Source: Camelus dromedarius
Taxonomy: Eukaryota
NCBI RefSeq assembly: GCF_036321535.1
Contig: NC_087437.1
Location: forward strand, 59,026,001 to 59,086,000
Reading direction: 5' to 3'
Length of the DNA stretch: 60,000 nucleotides
Numbering within the stretch: the first letter of the stretch is position 1; each line of letters opens with the position of its first letter. The notes under the pieces were generated by a model, which had not been told where the DNA came from, did no database searches, and was given only the letters and a program-made list of their open reading frames with translations. Shown piece by piece: positions 33,807 through 46,739 of this stretch. Both the position numbers and the translations under genes were made by a program.

Positions 33807-35879
33807 CACTGTATGTGGATGACATGATACTATATATAGAAAACCCTAAAAGCTCCAAACAAAAACTATGAGAGCTGATAAAAGAATTAGCCAAGATAGC
33901 AAGATATAAGATTAACATACAGAAATTAGTTGCATTTCTTTACATTAACAATGAAATATCAGAAAAGGAAAGTAAAGAAACAATCCTTTTTAAAGTTGCA
34001 TCCAAAAAAATAAAATACTTAGGAATAAATCTGACCAAGGAAGTAAAAGGCTTATATACAGAGAACTACAAAACGTTGATTAAGACAATTAAAGATGAAT
34101 TTAAAAAATGGAAAGATATCCCATGCTTTTGGATTGGAATGATTAATATCGTTAAAATGGCTATACTACCCAAAGCAATCTACAGATTTAATGTGATCCC
34201 TATTAAGTTACCTGGGACATTTTTCACAAAACTGGAACAAATAATCCTAAAATTTATATGGAATCACAAAAGACCCAGAATTGCCAAAGCAATACTGAAG
34301 AAAAAGAATGAAGCTGGAGGAATAACCCTCCCAGATTTCAGACAATACTACAGAGCTACAGTAATCAAAACAGCATGGTATTGGCATAAAAACACACATA
34401 TGGATCAATGGAACAGAATAGAGAATCCAGAAATAAACCCACACACCTATGGTCAATAATTTTCAACAAAAGAGGCAAGAATACACAATGGAGAAAAGAT
34501 AGTCTCTTCGGCAAGTGGTGTTGAGAAAACTGGACAGCAGCATGTAAATCAATGAAGTTAGAATACTCCCTCACACTATACACAAAAATAAACTCAAAAT
34601 GGCTTAAAGACTTAAACATAAGACAAGATACTATAAACCTCCTGGAAGAAAACATAGGCAAAACATTTTCTGACATAAATCTTAGCAATGTTCTCCTAGG
34701 GTAGTCTACCCAGGCAATAGAAATAGAAGCAAAAATAAACAAATGGGACCTAATTAAAAGTATAAGCTTTTGCACAGCAAAAGAAACCATAAGCAAAACA
34801 AAAAGACAAACTATGGAATAGGAGAATATTTGCAAATGATGAGACTGACAAGGGCTTAATTTCCAGAGTATATAAATAGCTAGTACAAGTCAATAATAAA
34901 AAACCAAACAACCCAATACAAAAATGGGCAGAAGACCTAAACAAGCAATTCTCCAATGAAGACATTCAAATGGCCAATAGGCACATGAAAAAATGCTCAA
35001 CATTGCTATCAGAGAAATGCAAATCAAAACTATAGTGATGTAGCACCTCACATCAGTCAGAATGGTGAGCATTAAAAAGTCCACAAATGACAAATGCTAG
35101 AGAGGGTGTGGAGAAAAGGAAACCCTCCTACACTGCTGGTGGGATGTAGTTTGGTGCAGCTATTATGGAAAACAGTATGGAGATTCCTCAAATAACTAAA
35201 AACAGACTACCATATATGATCCAGCAATCCCACTCCTGGGGATATATCTGGAGGGGACTCTAATTTGAAAAGATACATGCACCTCAATGTTCATAGCAGC
35301 ACTATTTACAATAGCCAAGATGGAAGCAACCTAAATGTCCATCAACAGATGACTGGATAAAGAAGCTGTGGTATATATATACAATGGAACACTACTGAGC
35401 CATAAAAAATAACAAAATAATGCCATTTGCAGCACATGGATGGACCTGGAGATCGTTATTCTAAGTGAAGTAAGCCAGAAAGAGAAAGAAAAATACCATA
35501 TGATTTCACTCATATGTGGAATCCAAGAAAGAAAAAAGGCACAAATGAACTTATTTACAAAACAGAAACAGACTCACAGACAGAAAACAAACATAGTTAC
35601 CAGTGGGGAAAACAAACATAGTTACCAGTGGGGAAAGGAGGCGGGAAGGGATAAACTGGGAGTTCAAGATTTGCAGATACTAACTGCTATATATAAAATA
35701 GATAAACAACAAGCTTCTACTGTATAGCACAGGGAACTATATTCAATATCTTGTAGTAACCTATAGTGAAAACAAATATATGTGTGTGTGTGTGTATATA
35801 TATATATAAAAACTGAATCACTATGCTGTACACCAGAAATTGACACAACATTGTAAACTGACTACACTTCAATTAAAAA
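33807..35879 (+). mobile_element. 5'-truncated L1 (~2.1 kb; RT C-terminal half, C-domain, 3'UTR), ORF2 disrupted
   Basis: [66 protein letters not shown]; in-frame stops. TSD AAAAAYGAGRCTTGA at 33792-33806 and 35880-35894. Confidence 0.96.
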
Positions 35880-36125
35880 AAAAATGAGGCTTGAGTGATC
35901 AACAAATTCTTTTTAAAAAGAAAACAATTTGCATTTCTGACTCAATGGGCTATTTCTGTTTGGTTGGAGCAATTTATATGTTAGCTCTGACTAACTTTGA
36001 GTACATCTCTTAATGTTTCGTTGTCTTGGCTTTCCTAATTTCAGGCATTTTTTCATTAAGCAAAGGTATGTTTTTTATTTTATTTGTTTAAGTATAGCCT
36101 TTTTTTTTCCAGAAACTAAGTATCA

Positions 36126-36219
36126 TTTTTACTTTATTTATTTAATGGAGGCACTGGGGATTGAACCCAGGAACTCCTGCATGCTAAGCATGCGCTCTAC
36201 ACTGAGCTACACCCAGCCC
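36126..36219 (-). mobile_element. tRNA-derived SINE (vic-1-like)
   Basis: Reverse strand GGGCTGGGTGTAGCTCAGTGTAGAGCGCATGCTTAGCATGCAGGAGTTCCTGGGTTCAATCCCCAGTGCCTCCATT. Confidence 0.85.
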
Positions 36220-37829
36220 GTCTTGCACATTGAGAATCAGAAGCCTGGGCCTGCCTTTCTCTTGATCAGCAAAGCTCCTAAGAACGCTCGGTCTGGGGAG
36301 AGAAAAAAGCTCTGTATAGATAGACCAGGACTGTCATTTCCATTTCTCCTTGACACCTTTTCAAGCTTGGTGAGTTCGGCTACTTCTCTGAAGGGAATAA
36401 TCTTTTAAGCTCTCCATCCAATCTGTTCTCAGACAGGAGTTTAAACTCTCTCCGTTTCGAGGTTTATCAGACAGATCTACAGAGACTTTCCGGGAGGATG
36501 TTTACAAAGGACTTTTTAGTGTTGCCAAGAAAAGAACGGGAAAGGTAAGCTTTCTGAAGGGCAGTTTCAGAAGCGGTGAGGTTAAAACATAAAAGGACCT
36601 TTCTTTCTCATACTAACAGTTTGTCCTAAGGTCAGTGGTGGGCAAAAAAGTTCGTGGCAGGGGCAGATAGCTCTCTGTAGGAGACGGTTCCTCATAATCA
36701 CTGAAGCTCGTGGAGTTTGCCTCTTAGGGCAGCCTTGCTTGCTCCTGTTGCAGAGTTGGAATTATTCCAGAGAGTAAAGCCCATAGTTCTGGTTTCCTCC
36801 ACTCCTCTGTCTCTCTGAGAATCACTTCATTTTTCTGGGGGAATCTTCCTAAAAGGCCATGTTATGCTGAGAAACAGTATCACATCCACATGACTGTGCA
36901 GCAGTAAGCCTGTGAGAATAAACTCATCTCCTGTGGGGAGAGGGGAAATCTAATAAACCATGAGCCACAGGCACAGTGCATTTGAAGTATGGCTTCAGTA
37001 ATATCCAAATTCTTTAGAAATTGTGTACCTAGTCAGGTATTTACAACCCCGAAGGTCCCCACCTGTAGAAATCTAAATGCATTTGGCTTATTAAATTTGG
37101 ATTCATTATGTGAGAAACTTCCCTCCATATTCAAACATGCATTAATGCAAAGTTAGAGCTGGAGGATAACTTCACTGAATGTATTACTTCAGGGACTTAA
37201 AAAAAAAGTTCTAGAAAAACAAATACATATGCGGTCAGTTCTGAGGCACTTTTCTCTCTGGTCGAGATGACTTCATTTTATCCCGGTAAAGGGTAAGTTT
37301 TCATCATCATAATCAAGCAGGAGAGAAATGGCTCCTAGGGAGCTGCAGGGCAAGTTGTGTAATTGCAGTCAATTTTAATTAACAAGCTTGATTTTTGAAT
37401 TGTTAATCTCCATTTCGTTCATTTTAGTCAAGATTAAAGCTAAATGGATTCCTCCCCCCCTTTCAATGAACTATTATATTTCAAGTGTCATATGAAAAGA
37501 AAATGAATTTATCCCATTCGTCGTGAAGCTGAGGTCTTCCAATGGAGGAAGAAAGTCCTTGTCATGCATGGCAACACCCTCGTGTGATGAAAAAGAAAAC
37601 CTAAGGAGACCTTCCAAAGAGTATTCACTGCAAAATAAGTGGTCGGGAGGGGTATGTGTTTGGAGAGAGGGGCAGGGGGTTGGCATTTAGCAGGCAATTT
37701 CCATCTAGGCTCAATGGATAGTGAAATTATAGTAATAGGTACAGAGCTCTAGCCATCAAGTCAAGTAACATGGAGAAAAGTTGGGAACCAAATTTTAGGT
37801 TTTATGGTACTGTTTTCAATGCAGCACAT

Positions 37830-37830
<1 letters not shown>

Positions 37831-37869
<39 letters not shown>
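37831..37869. repeat. (CA)n microsatellite
   Basis: Read directly from the sequence. Confidence 0.97.
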
Positions 37870-37871
<2 letters not shown>

Positions 37872-38154
37872 CTTTTTTTTATTAGTCTTTATTTCTTAGA
37901 GCAGTTTTAGGTTCAGTGTATTTTTTTAAAAGAAGAAAAATCATGAGTCGCCACATATTATCAAGGAAGGCCTCTAAGAACAAAGAGTGGCAGTAAGATT
38001 ATTGAGAATTAGGCAAAAGCCTAGAACAGGCTTCACTTATCTAAGTTACTTCTACCCACCACTGGGTGGTAGTATGACTGAAACCTTCCTTCCCAGGTAA
38101 ACTGTCCTCAAATCCCCCCCCACTCTCCTCGGGTCACTGATGTCACCAGCTGGG

Positions 38155-38156
<2 letters not shown>

Positions 38157-38204
<48 letters not shown>
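38157..38204. repeat. (GT)n microsatellite
   Basis: Read directly from the sequence. Confidence 0.97.
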
Positions 38205-38206
<2 letters not shown>

Positions 38207-38639
38207 CTTTTGAATCAACAGAATGCCGTCCTGATTGAATGCAATCTGCAGTCATCATGACAGAAGGTATTGTCCTGCCCTTTTCAATCAACAGTTTTCT
38301 ATCCAGAGGACACAGAGGTGGCTTAGAAAGAGGTCACTGCAGGGCATGTGGCCTGCACTGTGGTCCAGGGCTTGTTTTATGACGCCAGAAGATATGCAGA
38401 GTCAGCCTAAGGGAATGAAATGAAAGCCCCGCAATTAGATTTTAATCATGCACACGTGTCCATTCCACTGCCCCCCTGAAAATCAAAAACCTACAGTCGC
38501 CAAGTGTAAAGGATCTCAAATTTTCATCCACTAGAACCCCTCTGAGGTACAAGTTTTGAAAGGTTTTTGCCTATCAGTATGCTATTTTAATTAAATCATA
38601 ATTCCGTTTCTCATTTTTCATTAACTGAAGCGACTAACA

Positions 38640-38870
38640 ATAACAGCTGCCTTTAATCGAGGGCTTACTGTGGACTGACCCCAACAGCTCTGCGAGGTGG
38701 GCAGGATTATTGTCATTACTTTACAGGCAAGATTGTCCTTATTTTCAGGTGAGGACATCGAGGTTGAGAGAGATCAAGGCGCTCCATCAAAGTCATCCGG
38801 TTAGGAAGTGGGCAGGCACATGCTCGACCCCAGGCCTGTCTGCTGTCAAAGCCCAGGTCATTCATCACGA
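38640..38870 (-). mobile_element. MIR relic
   Basis: aacagctctgcgaggtgggcaggattatt..ttttcaggtgaggacatcgaggttgagagagatcaag..cccaggcctgtctg. Confidence 0.65.
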
Positions 38871-41102
38871 TTCTCTTTGGCCCAGCAGAGCTTCTGGTTT
38901 GCAGGAGGAAGTCCCCGGTATAACCAGACAGCCAAGAGCAAAGGAAGGGGGCATCTTGATGAGACCACAACCCATATCCAGGCAAATGAGGAATTCCCGT
39001 CAAGCTCTTTGAAATACTGAAAATCGTTCACAGACTTCTTCTCATCTTCCACGCCGTTAACACCTTTAACAATCCCCAGAGTCCGTGGACTCAGAGATAG
39101 CGCATCGCTTGCTAAGTCCCAACCCCTCACCTAAGAGACAGCCCGATTTTCAGTGGGGCTGCGGAGGAGACATCTGTGTGAGGACACGGAAAGTGTGCCT
39201 CTCAGCCCCCACCGCTGTTGGTATCTGAGCTTAGGCAAGACATTACTCCTTATTTTCCTTATTTATTTATTTTTTTCCTCTGCAAAATTGCTTTCCCTGG
39301 GATGCTCTTCCTCACTCCCCAAGGAGTAAAGTCTTCAGCCTTGACCAACAAATATCGGAGAATTCTATTGTTTTTTGAAATAATTCCTTTAGTTGTGTGA
39401 TGTTAACAAGTGTGTGATCTGGTGTCTCTAAGATTTCGGAGATACCACATGCTGACTGCTGCTGCTGGCCATTTTGAAACAATCTGGGAACTAAACCTAT
39501 GGGCCAAGGAATACAAACAGACAGCAGGGCCATCAATCATTAGCAGACATCCCGGAGCCGCCTTCTCGCACCGCAGAGGTGGGGTGGGGGTGGGGCAGAA
39601 GAATGTGAATGTTGACATAGATCTTACTGGGACTTAAAAAGTAAATTAGTATCATTAGATCTTTGAGACAAGCAGGGTCCATGTTGAAAAAGTATTTGAG
39701 GAACACCATGTGCCCAGCTTCTCTTGCAGGTGAAGCGGCCAGGAGCTCACATCTCAGATGACTGCTGTTCGCTGGGAGCCTGTGCTGAGTCTGTTCATCT
39801 CCGTGAACCCCCAGGGCCTCGTAGACCACTTGACACACTGGAGAGTTAAGGAAATACGGGCTTTATTACTAAAAATAAAGCCCGGAGGCTCCAGAATTGG
39901 CACAGGAAGGAGACTGGCTAGGGGGCAGAGGGGGAAGGTAGCTCTAGGGAACCTCATTGTGTATGTAGGGTTTGCCTTCTCCTTGGAGTGGTCTTAAGCC
40001 CACCACTGCCACCTCCATGGTGGTCTCAGGGAAGGGCTGGACTTCCTCTAATCTGTAGCCCCGGCTGTCTTTCCAGATGAGGTGTGGAGTCTGCTGAGGG
40101 GAGACGGGAGCATTAAAAAAAAAAAAAAAAAAGACTCCACCCAGGGAATGGAAAATCACAAGAGGGAGGTAATTGAGACTCGGTGAGTCTTGAGAACCTG
40201 GCTTTAAAACACGGCTTTACATATCAGCACCTTTCAGGTCACCATGTACCCTTTCCCCCGCCTCCATGTGGGGAAAACATATTTCCCCCATGTCCCCAGG
40301 CAGGGCTGCATGAAGCTTCCAGAATTCTCCACGTCTGCTGCCCACAGTCCATGTTGGTTGGCAAAGCCACTCTCAGAGAAAAGTTCCGATTTGCAACCCA
40401 GAAATGATGTAACAAAATAAATTATGCAAAATGTATCCGATACAGAGGCTGATAAGACAGCAACTGGCACCCCTATCCTACAATTTCAAAATTTTATGTT
40501 CGTTAAGACAACATAATTGAGTTGAGTTGACAATGTCATATATTTGGACATAGAAAATAACATTTATGCTGGCCAAACACCACTTTTATTTGCTTTATAT
40601 ATTGGGTTCCACCTTTGATTTTACGTTTTAAAAAAGACTTCTGTGTCTCAAAAAGTTTGAAAGCCCCTCCTTAGAGCATTAAAGGGAGTTTGAGCCTTTT
40701 CACCTGTTCCTGGGGAGCCTGAGAGCCACCAAATCACAGACTTGCCCCTGTGCTTGGAGGACCACAAATAGGAAAACCAGGTCTCAAGGTAATTCAACCA
40801 GGAGGCACGTGGGGGACCGGAGGGTGCTGAGGGGAGGGAGGTGGTTTCTAAATAAAGCCTTTTGCCGACTCCACCCATTTCTCTCCCTGGGTGGTTTTCT
40901 TGGGTCTGAGGAGCTGTTTTCCTCTACTAGAGCTGAAGGACTCTATGGACTGGCCCACCACTCCCCAGCATCTACTCAGGGGGACAGCCATCTGAAAAGC
41001 CTTAAGTGCTAATTTTCTTACACACAACAGCCCAGCACTTGCTGAGATTATTACAACGTCCTTGCACATGAGTACCAAAGGGCCCTTCAGGGTGACCTGG
41101 AC

Positions 41103-41160
41103 ATTTACAGTATGAGGAAACTGAGGCCCAGACAGGGAAGTGACTTACCCAAGGTCACAC
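41103..41160 (-). mobile_element. MIR core fragment
   Basis: atttacagtatgaggaaactgaggcccagacagggaagtgacttacccaaggtcacac is close to the MIR core consensus. Confidence 0.8.
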
Positions 41161-41689
41161 CACCCCTGCTCCCTCCTCCCAGCGCCCCACCTCTTCACTT
41201 GTGATGATCATCAGCTTTGAGTGAGAGGGTTACCCTTCATTCTGATAGACGTTAGTAGTGATTTATACTTTTAAATGTGGCTAATGGTAGAAATAAAATG
41301 ATAATGAGAAAGCAACACAGGCTTTCAAAGTAACTGTTCACCAAAAACGAATATTAAGCCTGGTTTGATCACACCCATTAGAGATTTCAGCTGAACATTA
41401 CAAGGGTGTTTCTTGAGACTTTTTCTGATGGATGTGGCAGGGTCAGCTGCTAGGGATAAAGAATCATCACTGAAATGTCCAACTAGACAAATTTTTATCA
41501 ATTACAGGTATAAGAGAATTTGACATGCTACATGTAAATCAAAGTATTTCTAAAATGAGGCAGCTATTTTTTTAAATTCATTTTTAAAATACAAGCCGTT
41601 TTACCTTTATTATCCTGTTTCATAAGTTAAACGCTGTTTTGGGATGGTGGATTTTATTTATTAATTGTTTCATATGCTGGGTTTTATAA

Positions 41690-41830
41690 AGCTTTAAATC
41701 TGGAAGGTAACTTAGATACTACTATCTGGTGCCACTCCTTCATTCCGAATGAGGCAGCTGCGGTCCAGAGGGGGGAAGGGACTGCCCCAAGGTCACACAG
41801 CAATCAACATCAGAGCTAGGACTACGAAAA
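41690..41830 (-). mobile_element. MIR relic
   Basis: ggaaggtaacttagat..gaatgaggcagctgcggtccagagggggaagggactgccccaaggtcacacagc. Confidence 0.65.
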
Positions 41831-43307
41831 CACCTTTAGATCCAGGACAAGATGTTATTTGATTAACAGCCAGCAGAGCTCCCTGCCCTGTGAGTTGCAG
41901 GAACAAGATGACGGTACTGAGAATACAAAGGACCACAGTCAACTTCTTGTGAAAGTCATTTTTTTTACTTTTAAAAATGGAATATTTTTACTTACTCAGT
42001 TTTCAAAAAATTAAAACATAGTATACAATAAGACACTTGCAATCAAACAAGAAAGAAAGGAAGGAAGGAAAGAAAGAAAGCAGAAATGAGAATGTTTATG
42101 ACGCATGCACTTATATGTGTGTGTGTGGTCTGTGTGGCGGGGGGTGGGTCAAGGAATATATATTTTGAGTGAAATCAAAACTTCTAATAAGATGGTCACT
42201 AAAATTGATTTAGATATGAGTTTCCTGGTAATAAAGTTTTCATTTGCTTATTTATTTCCTGAAAAATCTTCGCTAGACGTGTAACTAGAGATCCTCCCTT
42301 CCGCCCCTCTCATCCCATCACCTCTCCCTACACCCCAGCCTGAGAACCAGGGCACAGAACTGCAGCGCTCTGGGGCTGAAAAGCTCCTGAGACACTTCCA
42401 GGGCCGTCCCTCCAGCTGACACAGGACACTGGACACTCAGGGAGGGAGGGAATTTGCCACAGTGATGGTGGAGTCCAAGAAAACTCATGTTGAGTTTTAG
42501 GGAAGTTAGTGATTTTTTTAAATATTTAAACTTGTTTTTACAAATATCTCCCGGTGCATAGCAACCGACAGTACCCCTGATCCCCTTCAGCCAGTTCTCC
42601 CAAGACCTTGGGTCCGATGGTCACAGAGCTTTTGGCTCCCATGGTGTTTTATTTACCATATCCTTTCATGCCTGGCATGTTCCATGGAACCACAGCTGAT
42701 CTCTGTGAGGCAAGAGGACAGAAGAGCCAGAATCCGTCACAGTCACACAGGCAGTGCTGCTGGTGGCCCAGCTCGCGACAGTGAATCAGGCTCCGGAAGC
42801 CAAGTCCACGTTTTCCTCTCCATGCAGTAGCCAATCGGGAAAAAACAGCAGGCAGTGACGGAGGAACCAAGACATCCCACTGCCCACTGACAGAGCCCCA
42901 GTTAGAACATCGTGACAGCTAGCTGGGGCGCCAGCTCCACGGTCCAAGTACCATGCCTCATAAGCGTTAAACATCGAATACAAAGGGGTTTCAGTGAAAT
43001 GTTGTTTTAAAGGGATATGGTATTTTTTCAAGGTAAAACATTCAAGGGTTTTGTGCTTGAAGTTCTGCAGAACGCTGTGGGTACCTCAACAGATGACCTG
43101 CAAGCCTGACGGTCACCCAGGGGTTTCTAGGCATCAGGTTAACACTGTTCATGATTCAAGAGAATTAAGAGAAACTTCAAAATGAGAGTCACTGGGTCTT
43201 GATGAGGCAAGGACTGAGGGAGACAAAGGGAAAAGTGAAGCAATTGTCAAGTATGGTGGGGGATGTAGTCAGGATCTTACTTCTAGACCTGAGCCTCAAA
43301 GTTGAAA

Positions 43308-43341
43308 ATAACAACAACAACAACAATAACAGTAACAATAA
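43308..43341. repeat. (AAC)n-like trinucleotide repeat
   Basis: ataacaacaacaacaacaataacagtaacaataa. Confidence 0.85.
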
Positions 43342-44909
43342 CTTGATATCTTGATTTAATTGAAGTATGAAAAGCCAGTGTCCACAGGCGGCTGCTGGGC
43401 TGGGCGCGTCCCACCGGGGCATCCATGGACCCGTTGTCAGAGACAGAGGATAACTTCAAGCAGAGAGGGCCCAGCTGGGTGCCACCCCCTCAACCCCTGT
43501 TTGAATTTGCAGTGCTGGCGGTTAGAAAAAGTGTCTCCATCTTGTAAACACAGCAAATTTAATCTGGAAGTCATTGAGAAAACATAAACACGGAGCCTCC
43601 AGCGGTCATGTTTACACTGTTCCAGCCCCGGTGAAAGATGAGCCCGTTATGGAAGGATTGGTTTTTCTCAAAGGCGCTTTTCTTTTTAAAATGAAAATCC
43701 CAAGTACACATTACCATGATGACCAAAGTCCCGACACAGACCACAAGTGTGTGTACAAGTATAGTTTAAGCAGGTAACAAACATAATGCCACACTTACGC
43801 GTGTCTTCTGCAATTGTAGAAACTGCTTTTCCGAAAAGTCAGTTATTTTTGAAGTGGAAATGAACAGCACCAGAGCAGCTTCTAAGCTATGTCTTTAATT
43901 AAGAATATAGTTTCTTGACTATTTCATGTTGCCCAAATCCATTCTAAATTTGCAGGAACATGGACCAGGAATTTAGCCCAGCTCCCTTCATTTAACCAGT
44001 AGAGACGCAGATGGAGGAGGCGATTTACTGAAGGTTACAGAGCTTATTAGTGCCAGAGGTAAAACAGGACAGTGATTTCCCGATTCCTACCGGTCCTCTC
44101 AGGATATGTCTCTTGCAGGTGTTGCTATTTACGGAACAGCTTTTGTCCAAGAGCATTTATTAGATATTGCATTCTATATGGAGCAGGTAATGGGTTTTAT
44201 CCCACAAACACAGGCATGAAAGATGTGCCACATGATTTTTCTAAAAACAAATGAATTCTGATGAGGAGCGTCCGGTTCACTAGGCTGGTGGAGAAACCCA
44301 GTCATGAGTGAACGGGGCTCATCGCGGAAGCAGCAGCGGCACCACCCAACTGGGGCTCATGGAAGGGCCCAAGGTGTGGAAGTGGAGCAGCTCTAAGGGC
44401 CCCTGGTTACTGATGTCTCCATAGTCCAAGGTCCCTACAGGCCAGCAGCTCACCTGCTCTCGGGCCATGGTCTCTGCAAAAAATGGGGGTCCCTGGGCTC
44501 ACTGAGGCTCTGCCCCGGCAGGGAAGGGAATAAGGGCCTGGAATCCCAAACTGCTTCTCTTTTAGGTCTGGGAGGACCTGTCACCCACTCTCCTCTCCCC
44601 TCCCCTTCTCTCACCTTCTGCTCCCCAGCTTCCCCCCACCCCCCGTCTCCTCCTGTTAGCACAACCTTCTCTAAAGCCAGGACAGAAAGGCAGAGAGAAT
44701 GATATCCTGTTTTCAAACCTATGGCTCCAAGAGTCCTGAAACAAGGAAACCCAGAGTCCTAAGTCTCTTACCCAGAATAAGAGAGGGGAAAAAATACAGT
44801 GAGGACAAATTCCAAATGGATATCTCAATAAATTATCCTGCCATTGCTATGTGTCGTCTTTGCTATGGAGAATTCCAACCCTTCCGTCATGAAAACAGTC
44901 ATGCACTTG

Positions 44910-45035
44910 TACAACATCTGATGGTTTACAGGGCACTTCATACTCACCAGCTCGTCATACCCTCAAACTCAGCAAGGTGGATTTTTGTCATCCCATTTTA
45001 CAGATGAGGAGACCAAGGCTTAGTGAAGTGATGAG
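44910..45035 (-). mobile_element. MIR relic
   Basis: atggtttacagggcacttcatac..tcccattttacagatgaggagaccaaggcttagtgaagtga. Confidence 0.7.
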
Positions 45036-45573
45036 ATATTTGCATCTTTTCTCCTGGTCCTGAGAAGAGGGCGGCAAGCCATGCATGTCAAATATCCTCT
45101 GAACTTGGCCGAACTCTCAATAAACCCACACTTGTCAATACTACTCCATGATGTATTTCCTCCTTCATTTCTAAACAGCCGGATGAACTTGGGTGAAACA
45201 CCAAATGTGACTTTCAACATTCTTCTCGGGTGAGCTCCATTGTTTTTGTGCACTCAGCTTCAAGGTTGAAAAAAAATAAAAAGAGGACCAAAGATCATAA
45301 ACAATCTCCCTATTTTTGTTCCTCCTCAGCATTTGAAGGTTTTGAAAAGAAACCCACTGAATGATGGAAAAGAATTGTTTAAAAGCCCTAGGGCTATTTG
45401 GTTGAGGTCATTGTGCCCTGGTACCAAGACTTCTGAGGCTGTGTCCTCAATCTCTATGTGTCTCCACATGCCCAGCCTGATTTGCACCTCCAGGGCTGTG
45501 GCACTGACTCGTGTCAACTTTTTCGTCTCCCTGGAGAAACAGGCAGCAAACCTACAAGGGCTTCCTTAGTCAC

Positions 45574-45939
45574 TGATACGGTCTGAATGTTTGTGTCCTC
45601 TCCAAATTCGTATGTTGAAACCCAACCCCCAGTGTGATGGTATGAGGAGGTGGAGTCTTTGGGAGGTGATTAGGTTGTAAGGGTGGAGCTCTTGTGAATA
45701 GGATTAGTGCCTTAATAAAAGGGATCTGGGAGAGCTCCCTTGTCCCTTCCTCTAGGTGAGGACACAGTGAGAAGACAGCCATCTATGAACTGGGAATCGA
45801 ACCCTCACCAGATATCAAATCTGTTGATGCCTTGATCTCAAACAGCCAGCCTCCAGAACTGTGAAGGAGTCAACTGCTGTTGCTTCTAAGCTTCCCACTC
45901 GGTGGTATTCTGCTACAGCAGCCTGACCCAGCTATGAGA
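45574..45939 (+). mobile_element. MaLR solo LTR (MLT1A-like)
   Basis: tgatacggtctgaatgtttgtgtcctc..gggaggtgattagg..gtgaggacacagtgagaagacagcc..cagcctccagaactgtga..; 5-bp TSD GTCAC/GTCAT. Confidence 0.9.
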
Positions 45940-46739
45940 GTCATAGCGCCCGGTCACTCGGCAAACATTTGCTGAGCAGCTGGCATGCACCAGGCATTGT
46001 TCTAGGCACGCGGATACAATCACAAATAAAACAAGTCCCTGTCTGCATGGCGCTCCTGTTCTAGGGGAGGGAGGGCATGACGGATGGTAAATAGAAGTAA
46101 CTAACTAATGTCCCAGGTGATGGTAGAAGCATGAAGAAAATACGGCAGGGTAAAGGGGCACCTTCTTTTAAAAAATATTGTCTCCAGAAGGGTTGGGGGC
46201 ACTTACTGCAAGGACTCAGACCCACTTCCACTGCGACCTCATCTCTGTTTACTAGGTCTGCGAGCAGCCAGGAAGCACGAACTATCAGCAGAGACGTGCT
46301 CTGGGAGCTGTAGAGGGCTGTGCCCGCCCAGAGACGTGCCAAGACATGGAGGCCATCTAGCCTGGGGCAGGTGGGCGGGGTGGGGGGAGCAGCTCCGGGT
46401 GGAAGTCCCACCGCTGTTTCCCCACCCACCACCCACCCTCAGCGTGGCCTTCCCCATTCACATCACCTCTCCCGATCCAAGTGTCCTCTTTCATAAAAGG
46501 CTGAAAAATCCATCATTGTTTCCTAGCATTCTCTGAGACTTTTATTCCACTTTGTCATTTTATTTTTAGTTCTAACTAGTTAATTAAAAAAAAAAAAAAA
46601 AAAGACCCAACGAATGGCCAGTAGGCCTTGTCAAAGACCTGCCTCAGGAGAGGACAGGACATTCCTTCTCCAGCAGAGGATGGAACTGGTGGTCTAGGTA
46701 TCAGAGCCTTTTGCACTGACTCTGTCTGGGAGGGACAAT

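Noticed and set aside
34076..34459. 127-aa ORF with RT-associated sequence as a functional gene
   Set aside because: It is a fragment of a 5'-truncated L1 ORF2 with stops and frameshifts on either side.
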